From: an uncultured Clostridium sp.
GTDB taxonomy: Bacteria; Bacillota; Clostridia; TANB77; CAG-465
Length of the DNA: 64,000 nt
Assembly: GCA_947361355.1 (NCBI GenBank)
Contig: CANAIR010000002.1
Location: 46,976 to 110,975 of the forward strand
Reading direction: 5' to 3'
Shown: positions 48,749 to 58,388 of the stretch, piece after piece
Numbering within the stretch: the stretch's first letter is position 1
Layout: every line of letters begins with the position of its first letter
The notes under the pieces: model-generated
What the model saw: the letters and a program-made list of their open reading frames with translations, nothing else
The model's database searches: none
What the model was told of the DNA's origin: nothing
Made by a program: the position numbers and the translations under genes

Positions 48749-49141
48749 ATGGCTGGAAAAAGAAAAGTAGTAACAAAGAAAAAAGTAAAAAAGAATATAT
48801 CTACTGGAGCTGCACATATTCAATCATCATTTAACAATACAATTGTTACAATGACAGATTCGCAAGGTAATGTTATATCTTGGGCAAGTGCAGGTGGACT
48901 TGGTTTTAAAGGTTCAAGAAAAAATACTCCTTATGCAGCAGGTCAAGCAGCTGAAACAGCAGCTAATGCAGCAAAAGAACATGGATTAAAAAGTATAGAA
49001 GTTTATGTTAAAGGACCTGGTTCAGGTAGAGAAGCTGCAATAAGATCACTTCAAGCAGCAGGATTGGAAATAAACATGATAAAAGATGTTACTCCAATAC
49101 CACATAATGGTTGTAGACCACCAAAAAGAAGAAGAGTATAG
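48749..49141 (+). CDS. rpsK: 30S ribosomal protein S11
   Basis: …[15 protein letters not shown]…[16 protein letters not shown]. Confidence 0.95.
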   Translation: MAGKRKVVTKKKVKKNISTGAAHIQSSFNNTIVTMTDSQGNVISWASAGGLGFKGSRKNTPYAAGQAAETAANAAKEHGLKSIEVYVKGPGSGREAAIRSLQAAGLEINMIKDVTPIPHNGCRPPKRRRV

Positions 49142-49159
49142 TGGGGGTGTAAAGATAAA

Positions 49160-49789
49160 ATGGCAAGATATACAGACGCAGTATGTAAAAAATGCAGAAG
49201 AGAAGGTATTAAACTTTTCTTAAAAGGTGAAAGATGTAATTCTAATAAATGTGCAATTGATAGAAGAACATATGCACCAGGTCAACATGGAAAATCAAGA
49301 TCAAAATTATCTGAATATGGACTTCAACTTAGAGCAAAACAAAGAGCAAAAACTTATTATAGGGTTTCTGAATCACAATTCAGAAAATATTATGATGAAG
49401 CATTCAGACGTGAAGGTGTAACATCTGATATCTTATTTGAACAATTAGAATTAAGATTAGATAATGTAGCCTATAGAATGGGAGTAGGTACTTCTAGAGC
49501 AGAATCAAGACAACTTGTTGGTTATGAAATGTTAGAAGTTAATGGAAGAAAAGTAAATATTCCATCTTATATTTGTAAAGTTGGAGATGTTATAAAAGTT
49601 AGAGATGAAAAAAAGGATAATAAAACAGTAGTTTCTGTTTTAGAAGCTAATAAATTAAAAGCTATTCCTTCTTGGTTAGAATTTAATAAAGAAAAATTAG
49701 AAGCAAAAGTTCTAAGAAAACCAGTTAGAGAGGATGTAGACTTAGAAGTAGCTGAAAACTTAATTGTTGAGTTATACTCTAAAAACTAG
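49160..49789 (+). CDS. rpsD: 30S ribosomal protein S4
   Basis: MARYTDAVCKKCRREG… zinc ribbon followed by an S4 domain. Confidence 0.95.
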   Translation: MARYTDAVCKKCRREGIKLFLKGERCNSNKCAIDRRTYAPGQHGKSRSKLSEYGLQLRAKQRAKTYYRVSESQFRKYYDEAFRREGVTSDILFEQLELRLDNVAYRMGVGTSRAESRQLVGYEMLEVNGRKVNIPSYICKVGDVIKVRDEKKDNKTVVSVLEANKLKAIPSWLEFNKEKLEAKVLRKPVREDVDLEVAENLIVELYSKN

Positions 49790-49847
49790 TTAAAATCATT
49801 TAAATTAAATAGTGTGTGTAATCAGAGCACACTAGAAGGAGGAAAAA

Positions 49848-50795
49848 ATGATTGAAATGCAAAGACCAGAGATAAAATGTGTTGAAGTTGACGTTGACAC
49901 ATATTATGCAAGATTTGAAGTAGAACCTTTAGAAAGAGGTTTTGGAATTACATTAGGTAATTCTTTAAGAAGAATATTACTTTCTTCTTTACCAGGATAT
50001 GCAATAAATACTATAAAAATAGACGGAATAACTCATGAGTTTTCTACAATTCCTGGTGTTACAGAAGATGTTACAGATTTAATACTAAACTTAAAGCAAA
50101 TATGCTTAAAATCTAATGATATGGATCAAAAGGAAATGAGTATTAAAGCTAAAGGACCTTGTGAAGTAACAGCTGGAGATATTATAACTGATTCTACAAT
50201 AGAAGTTGTAAATAAAGATTTACATTTAGCATATGTAGATGAAGGTGCAGAATTAAATATTGAAATGACTGCTGTAAAAGGCAGAGGATATATTGCAGGC
50301 GATAGAGCAAAAGAGCCAGTAGCATCTGTAAATATACTTCCTATTGATTCAATATTTACTCCTGTAAAAAAAGTAAATTTTGATGTACAAAAAACAAGAG
50401 TTGGTCAAGACGCTGATTATGATAAACTAATTATGGAGATTTGGACTAATGGTGTTATAGAACCATATCAAGCTCTTAGTATGGCAGCAAAAATATTAAA
50501 TGAACATTTAGAAATGTTTATAGATTTATCTGAAATAGCTAAGACTATGTCAATTATGTCACAAAAAGAATTATCTATGAAAGATAAACTTTTAGAGACA
50601 GCTATTGAAGATCTAGATTTTTCTGTAAGATCATTTAATTGCTTAAAAAGAGCTGGAATTCATACAGTTGCAGATATTGTTAATAAATCTGAACAAGATA
50701 TGATTAAGGTTAGAAATCTAGGTAAAAAATCTTTAGAAGAAGTTATCAAAAAGGTAGCAGACTTAGGACTTGAATTTAAAAATAAAGAAGACTAA
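49848..50795 (+). CDS. rpoA: DNA-directed RNA polymerase alpha subunit
   Basis: N-terminal dimerisation domain and C-terminal alpha-CTD (…SVRSFNCLKRAGIHTVADI…). Confidence 0.95.
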   Translation: MIEMQRPEIKCVEVDVDTYYARFEVEPLERGFGITLGNSLRRILLSSLPGYAINTIKIDGITHEFSTIPGVTEDVTDLILNLKQICLKSNDMDQKEMSIKAKGPCEVTAGDIITDSTIEVVNKDLHLAYVDEGAELNIEMTAVKGRGYIAGDRAKEPVASVNILPIDSIFTPVKKVNFDVQKTRVGQDADYDKLIMEIWTNGVIEPYQALSMAAKILNEHLEMFIDLSEIAKTMSIMSQKELSMKDKLLETAIEDLDFSVRSFNCLKRAGIHTVADIVNKSEQDMIKVRNLGKKSLEEVIKKVADLGLEFKNKED

Positions 50796-50814
50796 TTAAG
50801 GGAGGAAAAGTAAA

Positions 50815-51336
50815 ATGGCAGGAACAAGAAAACTTTCTAGAACAACTTCTCAAAGAAAAGCTTTATTAAACGGATTAGTTACATCTTTAATATTAAATGG
50901 GAAAATTGAAACTACTCTTGCAAAAGCAAAAGAAATTAAACCATTAACAGATAGTTTAATTGATTTAGCTATAAAAGAAAAAGACAATTTTGAAGTTAAA
51001 GAAAAAACTGTATCTCGTGCAAAATTAGATAAAAATGGTAAAAAAGTAAAAGTTCAAAAAACTTCTAAAAATGGAAACAAATATGAAGTTATTGATAGAG
51101 AAGTAGTTACTGAAAAAGTAAATGTAGATAAACCATCTAAACTTGCAGCAAGAAGAAAAATGTTTAAAACATTAAATAAAATTAAAGATTTCAATGGAAA
51201 AACTGTTGATTTGACAGAAAAATTATTTAATGAAATTGCACCTAAATATGAGGCAAAGGGTGGATATACTAGAATAATAAAATTAGTTGCTAGAAAAGGC
51301 GATGGAGCTGAAATGGCAGTAATTGAATTAATATAG
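50815..51336 (+). CDS. rplQ: 50S ribosomal protein L17 (with internal Lys-rich insertion)
   Basis: [18 protein letters not shown]… and C-terminal GGYTRIIKL…. Confidence 0.95.
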   Translation: MAGTRKLSRTTSQRKALLNGLVTSLILNGKIETTLAKAKEIKPLTDSLIDLAIKEKDNFEVKEKTVSRAKLDKNGKKVKVQKTSKNGNKYEVIDREVVTEKVNVDKPSKLAARRKMFKTLNKIKDFNGKTVDLTEKLFNEIAPKYEAKGGYTRIIKLVARKGDGAEMAVIELI

Positions 51337-51351
51337 TAAATATATAAAGAA

Positions 51352-51388
51352 AATCATGTAGAATTAGTTCTATGTGATTTTTTTTGCA
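51352..51388 (+). terminator. Rho-independent terminator after rplQ
   Basis: AATCATGTAGAA…TCTATGTGATT stem (2 G-U pairs) followed by T8. Confidence 0.55.
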
Positions 51389-51725
51389 TTAAAATAATTA
51401 TTAAATTAACAATAACTAAATAGGATTTTATATATGTATGAAAATAATAGTATATATTATATATTTAGAATACGAAAAAATGATAATGAAAGTGGTGGAT
51501 AGAAAAAAACATAGTTGTTTGTGGCGTAGTTAGATACCGCTCAAGTCCTTCTATTTCAGGTTATAAATTTTAGAGTAGAGGTATATCATCAGATGGAATA
51601 ACATCACGGACTCAATTATATATAAAATAAAAGATTACATAAAATTTGACTTTTCTTAGGTGATTTGATATAATATATTGTACTATAAAAATAATTCTAA
51701 AATTAATATGGAGGAAGAAGGAAAA

Positions 51726-52355
51726 ATGATTAGGAATATTATTTTTGATGCTACAAATGTTTTATTTGAATTTAACAAAAATAATTTAATATATCGATGT
51801 GGAGCTACTTCAAGTAATTATGACATTTTAGAAGATGAAATATTTAATAAAGTAATGCCATTACTTTATGCAGGTCTTATTGATAAAAAAGAGGCTGTAA
51901 AAATGAGTTGTATAAGTTTGTTAAATAGTGGTAATAATGATTTAGTTCCAGTTTGTTTAGCAATATATGACAAATTAAGTAGTTTTCTAAAAATAAATGA
52001 AAACATGTTAGATTTAGTATCAAGTTTAAGGGTTACTGGTTATAAATGTTATATTTTATCGAATGCAGTTGATGATTTAATATGTTCTTTAAATGAAATG
52101 AAAAGTAAAAAAGGTAATTTTTTATTATTTAATGCTTGTATGCTTTCTTGTAATGAGAGACTTTTAAAACCATCATTTGCAATTTTTGAAAAATTTTGCT
52201 ATGTTAATAAATTAGAAGCAACTGAGTGTTTATATATTGACAGTGATGTAAAAAATTTAGATATAGCAAAAAAACTTGGAATGAATTGTTATGATTTTAA
52301 AGGATACGATAAATTTAAGGAATTTTTAATTAAGGAAAATATGATTTTGTATTAA
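51726..52355 (+). CDS. HAD-superfamily hydrolase
   Basis: Motif I in IIFDATNVLF, then the downstream S/T and K…D…D motifs (YIDSD). GGAGGAAGAAGG RBS precedes the ATG at 51726; the ORF is open from 51678. Confidence 0.65.
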   Translation: MIRNIIFDATNVLFEFNKNNLIYRCGATSSNYDILEDEIFNKVMPLLYAGLIDKKEAVKMSCISLLNSGNNDLVPVCLAIYDKLSSFLKINENMLDLVSSLRVTGYKCYILSNAVDDLICSLNEMKSKKGNFLLFNACMLSCNERLLKPSFAIFEKFCYVNKLEATECLYIDSDVKNLDIAKKLGMNCYDFKGYDKFKEFLIKENMILY

Positions 52356-52362
52356 TATAAAA

Positions 52363-52396
52363 ACTACACAAATAGATTAAAGTCTATTTGTGTAGT
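52363..52396. terminator. Bidirectional terminator (14-bp perfect stem CTACACAAATAGAC) overlapping the 3' end of tmcAL
   Basis: CTACACAAATAGAT…GTCTATTTGTGTAG inverted repeat with flanking A/T runs. Confidence 0.6.
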
Positions 52397-53579
52397 CTTT
52401 TTGTATATTTGAATTAGTTATAATAGAATGAACATTTGAAGCTAATATATCGTATTTTAGATATTTTTTTGTATCCTCAGAAATATTATTTAGTACTTTG
52501 TTATTTAAAGATGTTATTAAATCAATATCAGATTTTTTAGCAATTTCAGATAAAAGTAATTTTCCATTTTCAGAACATGCAAGAATATGTGCATAACCAA
52601 CTTTATTTTTTATGGCGTAGTTAAAGTCCTGTTTTGTAATATTAAGTAATACGTTAATTAGCATTCTTTTAATTTTACTTAGTTGATATCTTTTCGATTT
52701 AATATTTTTTGTAAATTCTTCATAATTTAGAGAATTATTTATTTCCTTAACAATTTTATTTTCTAGTCCTTCTGTAACTTCATATATACTTTGTAAATAG
52801 TCTAAATTATTAGAAACAATTTTATATTTTATTATATTAAATAAATCGTCATTAAAAGTTGCTTTATTATTTTTTATTAAATTATATGTTCCTGTTGGAA
52901 TATATTTTTTTAATATATCAATTTTATTATCCTTTATGCTATTTCTTATACTAGTTGCACTAGTAAAATTATTATCATTGTTATTAAGTAAAATTTCATT
53001 AAAATCTGATGACTCACGTTTTATTAAATATGGCTCTATATTGCTATTTAAGAGCTTTAAATTTTTGATATATTGTAATCCTAAAATATTATTTGGCTTG
53101 CTTATAACGTAAATTTGATCATTTGATAGATATTTTGAAAGTGCATTTGTTCTAGCAGTTGCAAAAGATATACCATCTTTTAAATGTTTATTAATTTCTT
53201 CCCAAATTTCTTTATCTTTTTGTATAAATATATCTGATACAGCATTTAATAAAGAAATATTATCACATTCACTCCCAAAGCAAATACTATCTACTATATT
53301 TAATTTATTAAGTATATTTATAGCACCAAAAGCAAAAGAATCGGCACTTGAATTTGCATATATAGTTGGAAGTTCAATTACTAAATCTATTCCGCTTTTT
53401 ATAGCAATTTGCGCCCTTTGAAACTTATCATATATTGCAATATTTCCATTTTGTGTAAAACTACCAGACATTATTGCAATGCAAAAATCACAATTTGTTA
53501 TTTCTTTAGATTTATTTAAATGATAAATATGTCCATTGTGCATAGGGTTGTATTCTGCTATTATTCCTGTTACTTTCAA
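52377..53579 (-). CDS. tmcAL: tRNA(Met) cytidine acetate ligase TmcAL (YlbM/UPF0348 nucleotidyltransferase)
   Basis: N-terminal …GIIAEYNPMHNGHIYHL… HxGH-type nucleotidyltransferase motif. About 400 aa. TTG start after AAGGAGG. Confidence 0.75.
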   Translation of the reverse strand: MKVTGIIAEYNPMHNGHIYHLNKSKEITNCDFCIAIMSGSFTQNGNIAIYDKFQRAQIAIKSGIDLVIELPTIYANSSADSFAFGAINILNKLNIVDSICFGSECDNISLLNAVSDIFIQKDKEIWEEINKHLKDGISFATARTNALSKYLSNDQIYVISKPNNILGLQYIKNLKLLNSNIEPYLIKRESSDFNEILLNNNDNNFTSATSIRNSIKDNKIDILKKYIPTGTYNLIKNNKATFNDDLFNIIKYKIVSNNLDYLQSIYEVTEGLENKIVKEINNSLNYEEFTKNIKSKRYQLSKIKRMLINVLLNITKQDFNYAIKNKVGYAHILACSENGKLLLSEIAKKSDIDLITSLNNKVLNNISEDTKKYLKYDILASNVHSIITNSNIQKDYTNRL

Positions 53580-53697
53580 TAAATTACCTCCTTTTGCTAT
53601 TTACTTTTTCTTGTAAATTATATGTATATATGGTATCATATATATATATTAAGTTCAAGTAAAAAAATAAAATGAAAAAAGATTGGTAAGATGTAAT

Positions 53698-54378
53698 ATG
53701 TATTTATATGTAGTTATAAAAGAAGAAAGTGAGTGTAAATTAGATGTAGTCTTAAAGGATAAGGAAAATATAGAATTGGCTACTGGTAAAAAAGTTAAAA
53801 TTATACCATATAAAAAATTTACTATGAATGTTATAAATGAAGTATCACCAAAAGCTATTATATTTAGCGGTTTTGCTCCAGATTTAGATACTTTTGATAA
53901 AAATGACTTTTTAGTAATAGACAAAGTATTAAAAGAAGTAAATATTCCTATTCTTTGTATTTGTGATTCACATCAATTACTCACAGAATTATATAATAAG
54001 GATATATATGAGGTAGATAAATTATATAATTATTTAATAAAGCCAAAAAGTAAATGTGATAATAATAGATATAAAACAAATGGATTTTATACTATAAATA
54101 ATTTAAAAAATGATAGTATTTTTGAAAATTTGCCTAATAAGTGTAAAATGAAGTGTTTACATTCTTGTGAAGTAAAAGTTATTCCAAAAGAATTTATTTT
54201 AATTGCAAGTAGCTATCATTCAAAAGTTGAGTCAATTAGGCATAAAAGTAAATGTATATATAGTACACAATTTCATCCAGAAAAGTATGACAATGAACAT
54301 TTGGATGGAAAAATATTTCTTAGAAATTTTGCAAAAATAGTTGATAACTATTGGAAAGAAAAGTTGTTATTAACATAG
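53698..54378 (+). CDS. Class I glutamine amidotransferase-like protein (peptidase C26/GATase1 fold)
   Basis: Catalytic-triad pattern: Cys in ILCICDSHQLL and His/Glu in QFHPE. Start is uncertain (53698 or 53824); the ORF is open from 53683. Confidence 0.55.
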   Translation: MYLYVVIKEESECKLDVVLKDKENIELATGKKVKIIPYKKFTMNVINEVSPKAIIFSGFAPDLDTFDKNDFLVIDKVLKEVNIPILCICDSHQLLTELYNKDIYEVDKLYNYLIKPKSKCDNNRYKTNGFYTINNLKNDSIFENLPNKCKMKCLHSCEVKVIPKEFILIASSYHSKVESIRHKSKCIYSTQFHPEKYDNEHLDGKIFLRNFAKIVDNYWKEKLLLT

Positions 54379-54422
54379 TTTAGTTGATAATGTGGATAAT
54401 TTAATTTTATGGAGGAATAAAA

Positions 54423-54878
54423 GTGAATAGTAGTGAAAGAAAGAATGTTAAACTATATACAGATGGTGCATGTAGTGGAAATCCAGGACCAGGTGGATAT
54501 GGTGCAATTTTGATATATAAGGGAATTGAAAAAGAAGTATCAGGGTGCGAAAATAATACAACAAATAACAAAATGGAAATAATGGCTGTAATTAAGGGCT
54601 TAGAGATGATAAAAGAGCCTTGTAATGTAACAGTATATAGCGATAGTGCTTATGTAGTTAATGCAGTAAAAATGGGATGGCTTCAAAATTGGAAGAAAAA
54701 TAACTGGGTAAAAGCTGATAAAAAGCCAGTTAAAAATGTAGAACTTTGGGAAAAATTAATAGCACTTATGAAAATACATAATGTGGAATTTATAAAAGTA
54801 AAAGGTCATAGTGATAATGAGTACAATAATAGATGTGATAAACTTGCAGTTGAACAAAGAGAAAAACTTGTACTATAA
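54423..54878 (+). CDS. rnhA: Ribonuclease HI
   Basis: YTDGACSGNPGPGGYG…E…YSDSAY…KVKGHSD…NRCDKLA: D/E/D/D catalytic residues in order. GTG start after GGAGG. Confidence 0.9.
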   Translation: MNSSERKNVKLYTDGACSGNPGPGGYGAILIYKGIEKEVSGCENNTTNNKMEIMAVIKGLEMIKEPCNVTVYSDSAYVVNAVKMGWLQNWKKNNWVKADKKPVKNVELWEKLIALMKIHNVEFIKVKGHSDNEYNNRCDKLAVEQREKLVL

Positions 54879-54941
54879 ATATATTATAATTTAGAATAAA
54901 GAGTCACCATTTAACATATCATGTTGTGTGGTGATATTTTT

Positions 54942-55541
54942 ATGAAAGAATTTATAAAAGAATACATTAATGAAAATATAAAAATAATTTCAGTAATTTT
55001 TTTTAGTATTATTATAGGAGTAGTATTTGGACTATTTTTGTATCAAATTATTACTCCTGAGATTAGAACTGATTTAGTAAATACAATGAAATCAACATTA
55101 GATTTAACAAAGCAGGAAAATTTTGAGGGAATAAATATTATTAAAAATGGAATGGTTTCAAATATATTTTTAGTTATTATAATATATTTAATTTCTCTTA
55201 CTTTAATATCCCCATATTTAACTGGGTTGCTTTCATTATTTAAGGGAATATCAATTGGAATATATATACCAACACTTTTTCAAATATTTGGTGCGTCCAA
55301 AGGAATACTAGCAATATTTTTATTAGTTGTAATACCAAATTTAGTATATATTCCCTCATATATTTTTTTGGCTACTAATTCAATAAATTTTCATTATTCT
55401 TTAATAGGAAATGAAAATAAATTTACATTATTAATAAAAGAAATTATAAAAATAGTCATAGGTTTTTCAATTATGTTTTTAGGAGTAGTCTTAGAACAGC
55501 TTACTTCGTATTGGATAATATCGATATACAGTACATTGTAA
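54942..55541 (+). CDS. spoIIM: Stage II sporulation protein M (polytopic membrane protein)
   Basis: About 200 aa with 5-6 TM and SpoIIM-like topology. Conserved spoIIM-xerD adjacency. The ORF is open from 54921. Confidence 0.65.
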   Translation: MKEFIKEYINENIKIISVIFFSIIIGVVFGLFLYQIITPEIRTDLVNTMKSTLDLTKQENFEGINIIKNGMVSNIFLVIIIYLISLTLISPYLTGLLSLFKGISIGIYIPTLFQIFGASKGILAIFLLVVIPNLVYIPSYIFLATNSINFHYSLIGNENKFTLLIKEIIKIVIGFSIMFLGVVLEQLTSYWIISIYSTL

Positions 55542-55650
55542 AAATATGAAATTCGACAAAATTATAAAACATTACATAATTTTCAATAAAATACTTGCAA
55601 ATTTGAAAAAAATAGTGTACAATATTGATGTAAATACGGAGGAACTAAAC

Positions 55651-56529
55651 ATGAAAATTATAATAGACGAATTTATTGAAAGTTTAAAAGCTAGACAAGC
55701 TTCACAAAATACAATTGCATCATATGAGAGAGATATAATGCAATTTAGTAATTACTTTGAAGGACAAAATAAAAAGATATTTGATTTAACTAAAGAAGAT
55801 ATGCAAGATTATATTAATCATTTAATAGCACAAGGAAAATCGAATTCTACTATATCTAGAAGTACAGCATCTATAAAAAGTCTTTATAGATATTTATTGA
55901 ATAAAAATCTAGTAGAAGAAAATATTGCAGAAAGTATAGAAGCTCCAAAGGTTGATAGAAAAGAACCTATGATACTTACACAATCAGAAATAGAAACTTT
56001 ACTTGAACAACCAGATTTATCAGAATTAAAAGGACAAAGAGATAAAGCAATGCTTGAAATATTATATGCTACAGGTATAAGAGTAACAGAACTTATTTCT
56101 TTAAAATTAGAAGACGTTAATTTAACAAATGGCTATATAAAAGTTAAAAAGAAAAATAGTGAAAGACATATTCCATTAGGAAATCTTTCTTTAAAATGTC
56201 TAAAAGAATATATAAATAAAGTAAGACCTTTATTAATTAGGACTGAAGATGAAAAAACATTATTTATAAATACAAATGGTCAAAAAATGACAAGACAAGG
56301 TTATTGGAAGATTTTAAAACAATACAAAGAACAAGCAAAAATCGATAAAGATATAACTCCACATACAATTAGACATTCTTTTGCGGTTCATATGTTACAA
56401 AATGGTGCAGAAATAAAAACAGTCCAAGAATTATTAGGACATACTGACGTTGCATCTACTATGATGTATACACAAATGTCTAACCTTAATTTAAAGGATG
56501 ATTATTTAAAATCTCATCCAAGAGCGTAA
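55651..56529 (+). CDS. xerD: Tyrosine site-specific recombinase XerD/XerC (chromosome dimer resolution)
   Basis: R…HxxR…Y catalytic signature (…TPHTIRHSFAVHMLQNGAEIKTVQELLGHTDVASTMMYTQ). GGAGG RBS precedes the ATG at 55651. A TTGCAA-17-TACAAT promoter lies at 55596-55624. Confidence 0.85.
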   Translation: MKIIIDEFIESLKARQASQNTIASYERDIMQFSNYFEGQNKKIFDLTKEDMQDYINHLIAQGKSNSTISRSTASIKSLYRYLLNKNLVEENIAESIEAPKVDRKEPMILTQSEIETLLEQPDLSELKGQRDKAMLEILYATGIRVTELISLKLEDVNLTNGYIKVKKKNSERHIPLGNLSLKCLKEYINKVRPLLIRTEDEKTLFINTNGQKMTRQGYWKILKQYKEQAKIDKDITPHTIRHSFAVHMLQNGAEIKTVQELLGHTDVASTMMYTQMSNLNLKDDYLKSHPRA

Positions 56530-56545
56530 TAAAAATTTGAAATAA

Positions 56546-56586
56546 AAAGAGCATGGTTATTAAAATGGTAACCATGTTTTTTTTTA
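56546..56586 (+). terminator. Rho-independent terminator after xerD
   Basis: CATGGTTATTA…TGGTAACCATG stem followed by T9. Confidence 0.6.
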
Positions 56587-56739
56587 TGAATAGTATTATT
56601 TAGTAATTATTTATTAAGTTTATTTAAATAAATTATGTAAAATTTTGTTTATATAAATGTAATAAAATCTGATATTTATATTGACTATAATATTTACTTG
56701 TGATATAATTAAATACGAATATATAGTCGGAGGTTAAAA

Positions 56740-57375
56740 ATGTTTAATATAAAAAGATATGTAAAATTTATGTTTATTATAACAGTTATATATATTTCAA
56801 TATCTATTATGATACCATTTAAAGAAATAGTAGCTGCATCAAGTATTAGCATAAGTGGACCAACTGTTGTAATTGAAGGTCAAAGTGCTGTATTTAATGT
56901 AGTATATCCACAAAATGCAATATATATTAATTTATCAAGTGGAGATGTAGTTTTAAATGGTTTTCAAGCTACTATTAGTGTTACTGGTAGTGGTAATTCA
57001 AGAAAAATTATTTTAAATAATGTAAGAGGAACTGGAAATGGCAGAAGTATATCTATTGCTACTGGTACAGGTTATATAGGATCAAATAAAATTGAAGGAG
57101 TTACTTCGAATGCGTTTAGAATTAAAGGTGTAAATGATAGTACTGCTACACCAAAGCCAAATAAACCTCAAACTAATGTTAAACCAAATAATACTACTCC
57201 ACCTGTAAATAACAATCAACAACAAAATGGTCAAGAAAATAAAGATCAAAATAATAATGCAAAAGAAGAACCAGAAAAAAAAGAAGAGGAAAATAAGGAG
57301 CAAAATAAAGAAGAACAACCAGATAAAAATATAGATTACGATGCAAAAATTCCAATACCAAATACAGGAAAATAG
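56740..57375 (+). CDS. Secreted protein: signal peptide, beta-rich domain, low-complexity Pro/Asn/Gln/Glu linker, ending …IPIPNTGK-stop (sortase-motif-like but no membrane anchor)
   Basis: N-terminal hydrophobic signal; C-terminus PNTGK followed directly by TAG. Immediately upstream of a class-B-like sortase. Confidence 0.5.
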   Translation: MFNIKRYVKFMFIITVIYISISIMIPFKEIVAASSISISGPTVVIEGQSAVFNVVYPQNAIYINLSSGDVVLNGFQATISVTGSGNSRKIILNNVRGTGNGRSISIATGTGYIGSNKIEGVTSNAFRIKGVNDSTATPKPNKPQTNVKPNNTTPPVNNNQQQNGQENKDQNNNAKEEPEKKEEENKEQNKEEQPDKNIDYDAKIPIPNTGK

Positions 57376-57397
57376 TTTTTAGAAAGGAAGATAAATT

Positions 57398-58138
57398 ATG
57401 TTAAAAACAAATTTAAGTAATAAAAAGATTATAATAATTCTTATTTCTGTTTTAGTTGTAGCAATTATAGGCTTTATAATTTCTTTTTTCCTATCTAGAA
57501 ATAGTTTTTTTAATGAAGAATCAGAAGATAAAAGTAAAGTTATAACAGATTCGAAACAAGAAAATAGAGATTTGCAAAAAGAAATATCAGTAATTAATGA
57601 AACATATAAGGATGCTAAAGCATGGATTAAAGTACCTGGCACTAGTATAGATTCACCTGTGTATCAATCAGATAATAATGATAGATATTTAAGAAACGAT
57701 AAAGATAATGCACAAACAAGATGGGGAGAAAATTTCTTAGATTATAGATGTAATATAGATAATATAAATAAAGAAAAGCAACATTATATTGTATATGGTC
57801 ATAACACTGAAATAGATTCAAGATTTACACCACTTTTAAATTACAAGAATGAGGATTTCTTTAAAGAGCATAAATATGTAGAATTTGCTACATTAAATGG
57901 TAGCTATAAATTTGAAGTATTTTCTGCTTATTCAACAAGTACAGATTTTTACTATATAGATACAACTTTTAGAAACCTAGATGAATTTGGAAATTATATA
58001 AAATCACTAAAAGAAAAAAGTGAATATGAAACAAATGTAGAAATTACAAGAGAAGATACAATTTTAACTTTATCTACATGTGATTATGATATTGCAGATG
58101 GAAGATATGTTGTACATGCAAAACTAATTAATGAATAA
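57398..58138 (+). CDS. Sortase, class B-like (N-terminal TM; YIVYGHN His; TLSTC Cys; RYVVHAK Arg)
   Basis: Catalytic His-Cys-Arg in the canonical order; about 246 aa, the typical SrtB size. Confidence 0.8.
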   Translation: MLKTNLSNKKIIIILISVLVVAIIGFIISFFLSRNSFFNEESEDKSKVITDSKQENRDLQKEISVINETYKDAKAWIKVPGTSIDSPVYQSDNNDRYLRNDKDNAQTRWGENFLDYRCNIDNINKEKQHYIVYGHNTEIDSRFTPLLNYKNEDFFKEHKYVEFATLNGSYKFEVFSAYSTSTDFYYIDTTFRNLDEFGNYIKSLKEKSEYETNVEITREDTILTLSTCDYDIADGRYVVHAKLINE

Positions 58139-58218
58139 TTAAAAAGCTAAGTCATTTAAATGATTTAGCTTTTTTATACTAAAAAACATAGATCGACATA
58201 TATAAATTTACATAAATA

Positions 58219-58247
58219 TTGACATTTTCACAAAAATATAGTATAAT
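58219..58247 (+). promoter_or_regulatory. Sigma-A promoter (TTGACA-17-TATAAT) with ~140-nt structured leader before the acidic secreted protein gene
   Basis: Consensus hexamers. The leader carries the hairpin GAAATTATT…AATAATTTC followed by a T-run at ~58296-58335. Confidence 0.5.
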
Positions 58248-58388
58248 ATAAGTGTAGGATTAGATTTTTTAGTCCCGTTTGTAACTATAAACGTGAGAAA
58301 TTATTGTTTTTTAATAATTTCCTTTTATTTTAAAAACTAAATATCGATTACAATTGAATATAGATTAAAATTTAAGGAGATTAAAAAA

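Noticed and set aside
55651-56529. Tyrosine recombinase as a possible phage or ICE integrase marking a mobile element
   Set aside because: It has the XerD signature and size. It is adjacent to spoIIM in conserved chromosomal synteny, and no flanking phage or conjugation genes or att-like repeats are present.
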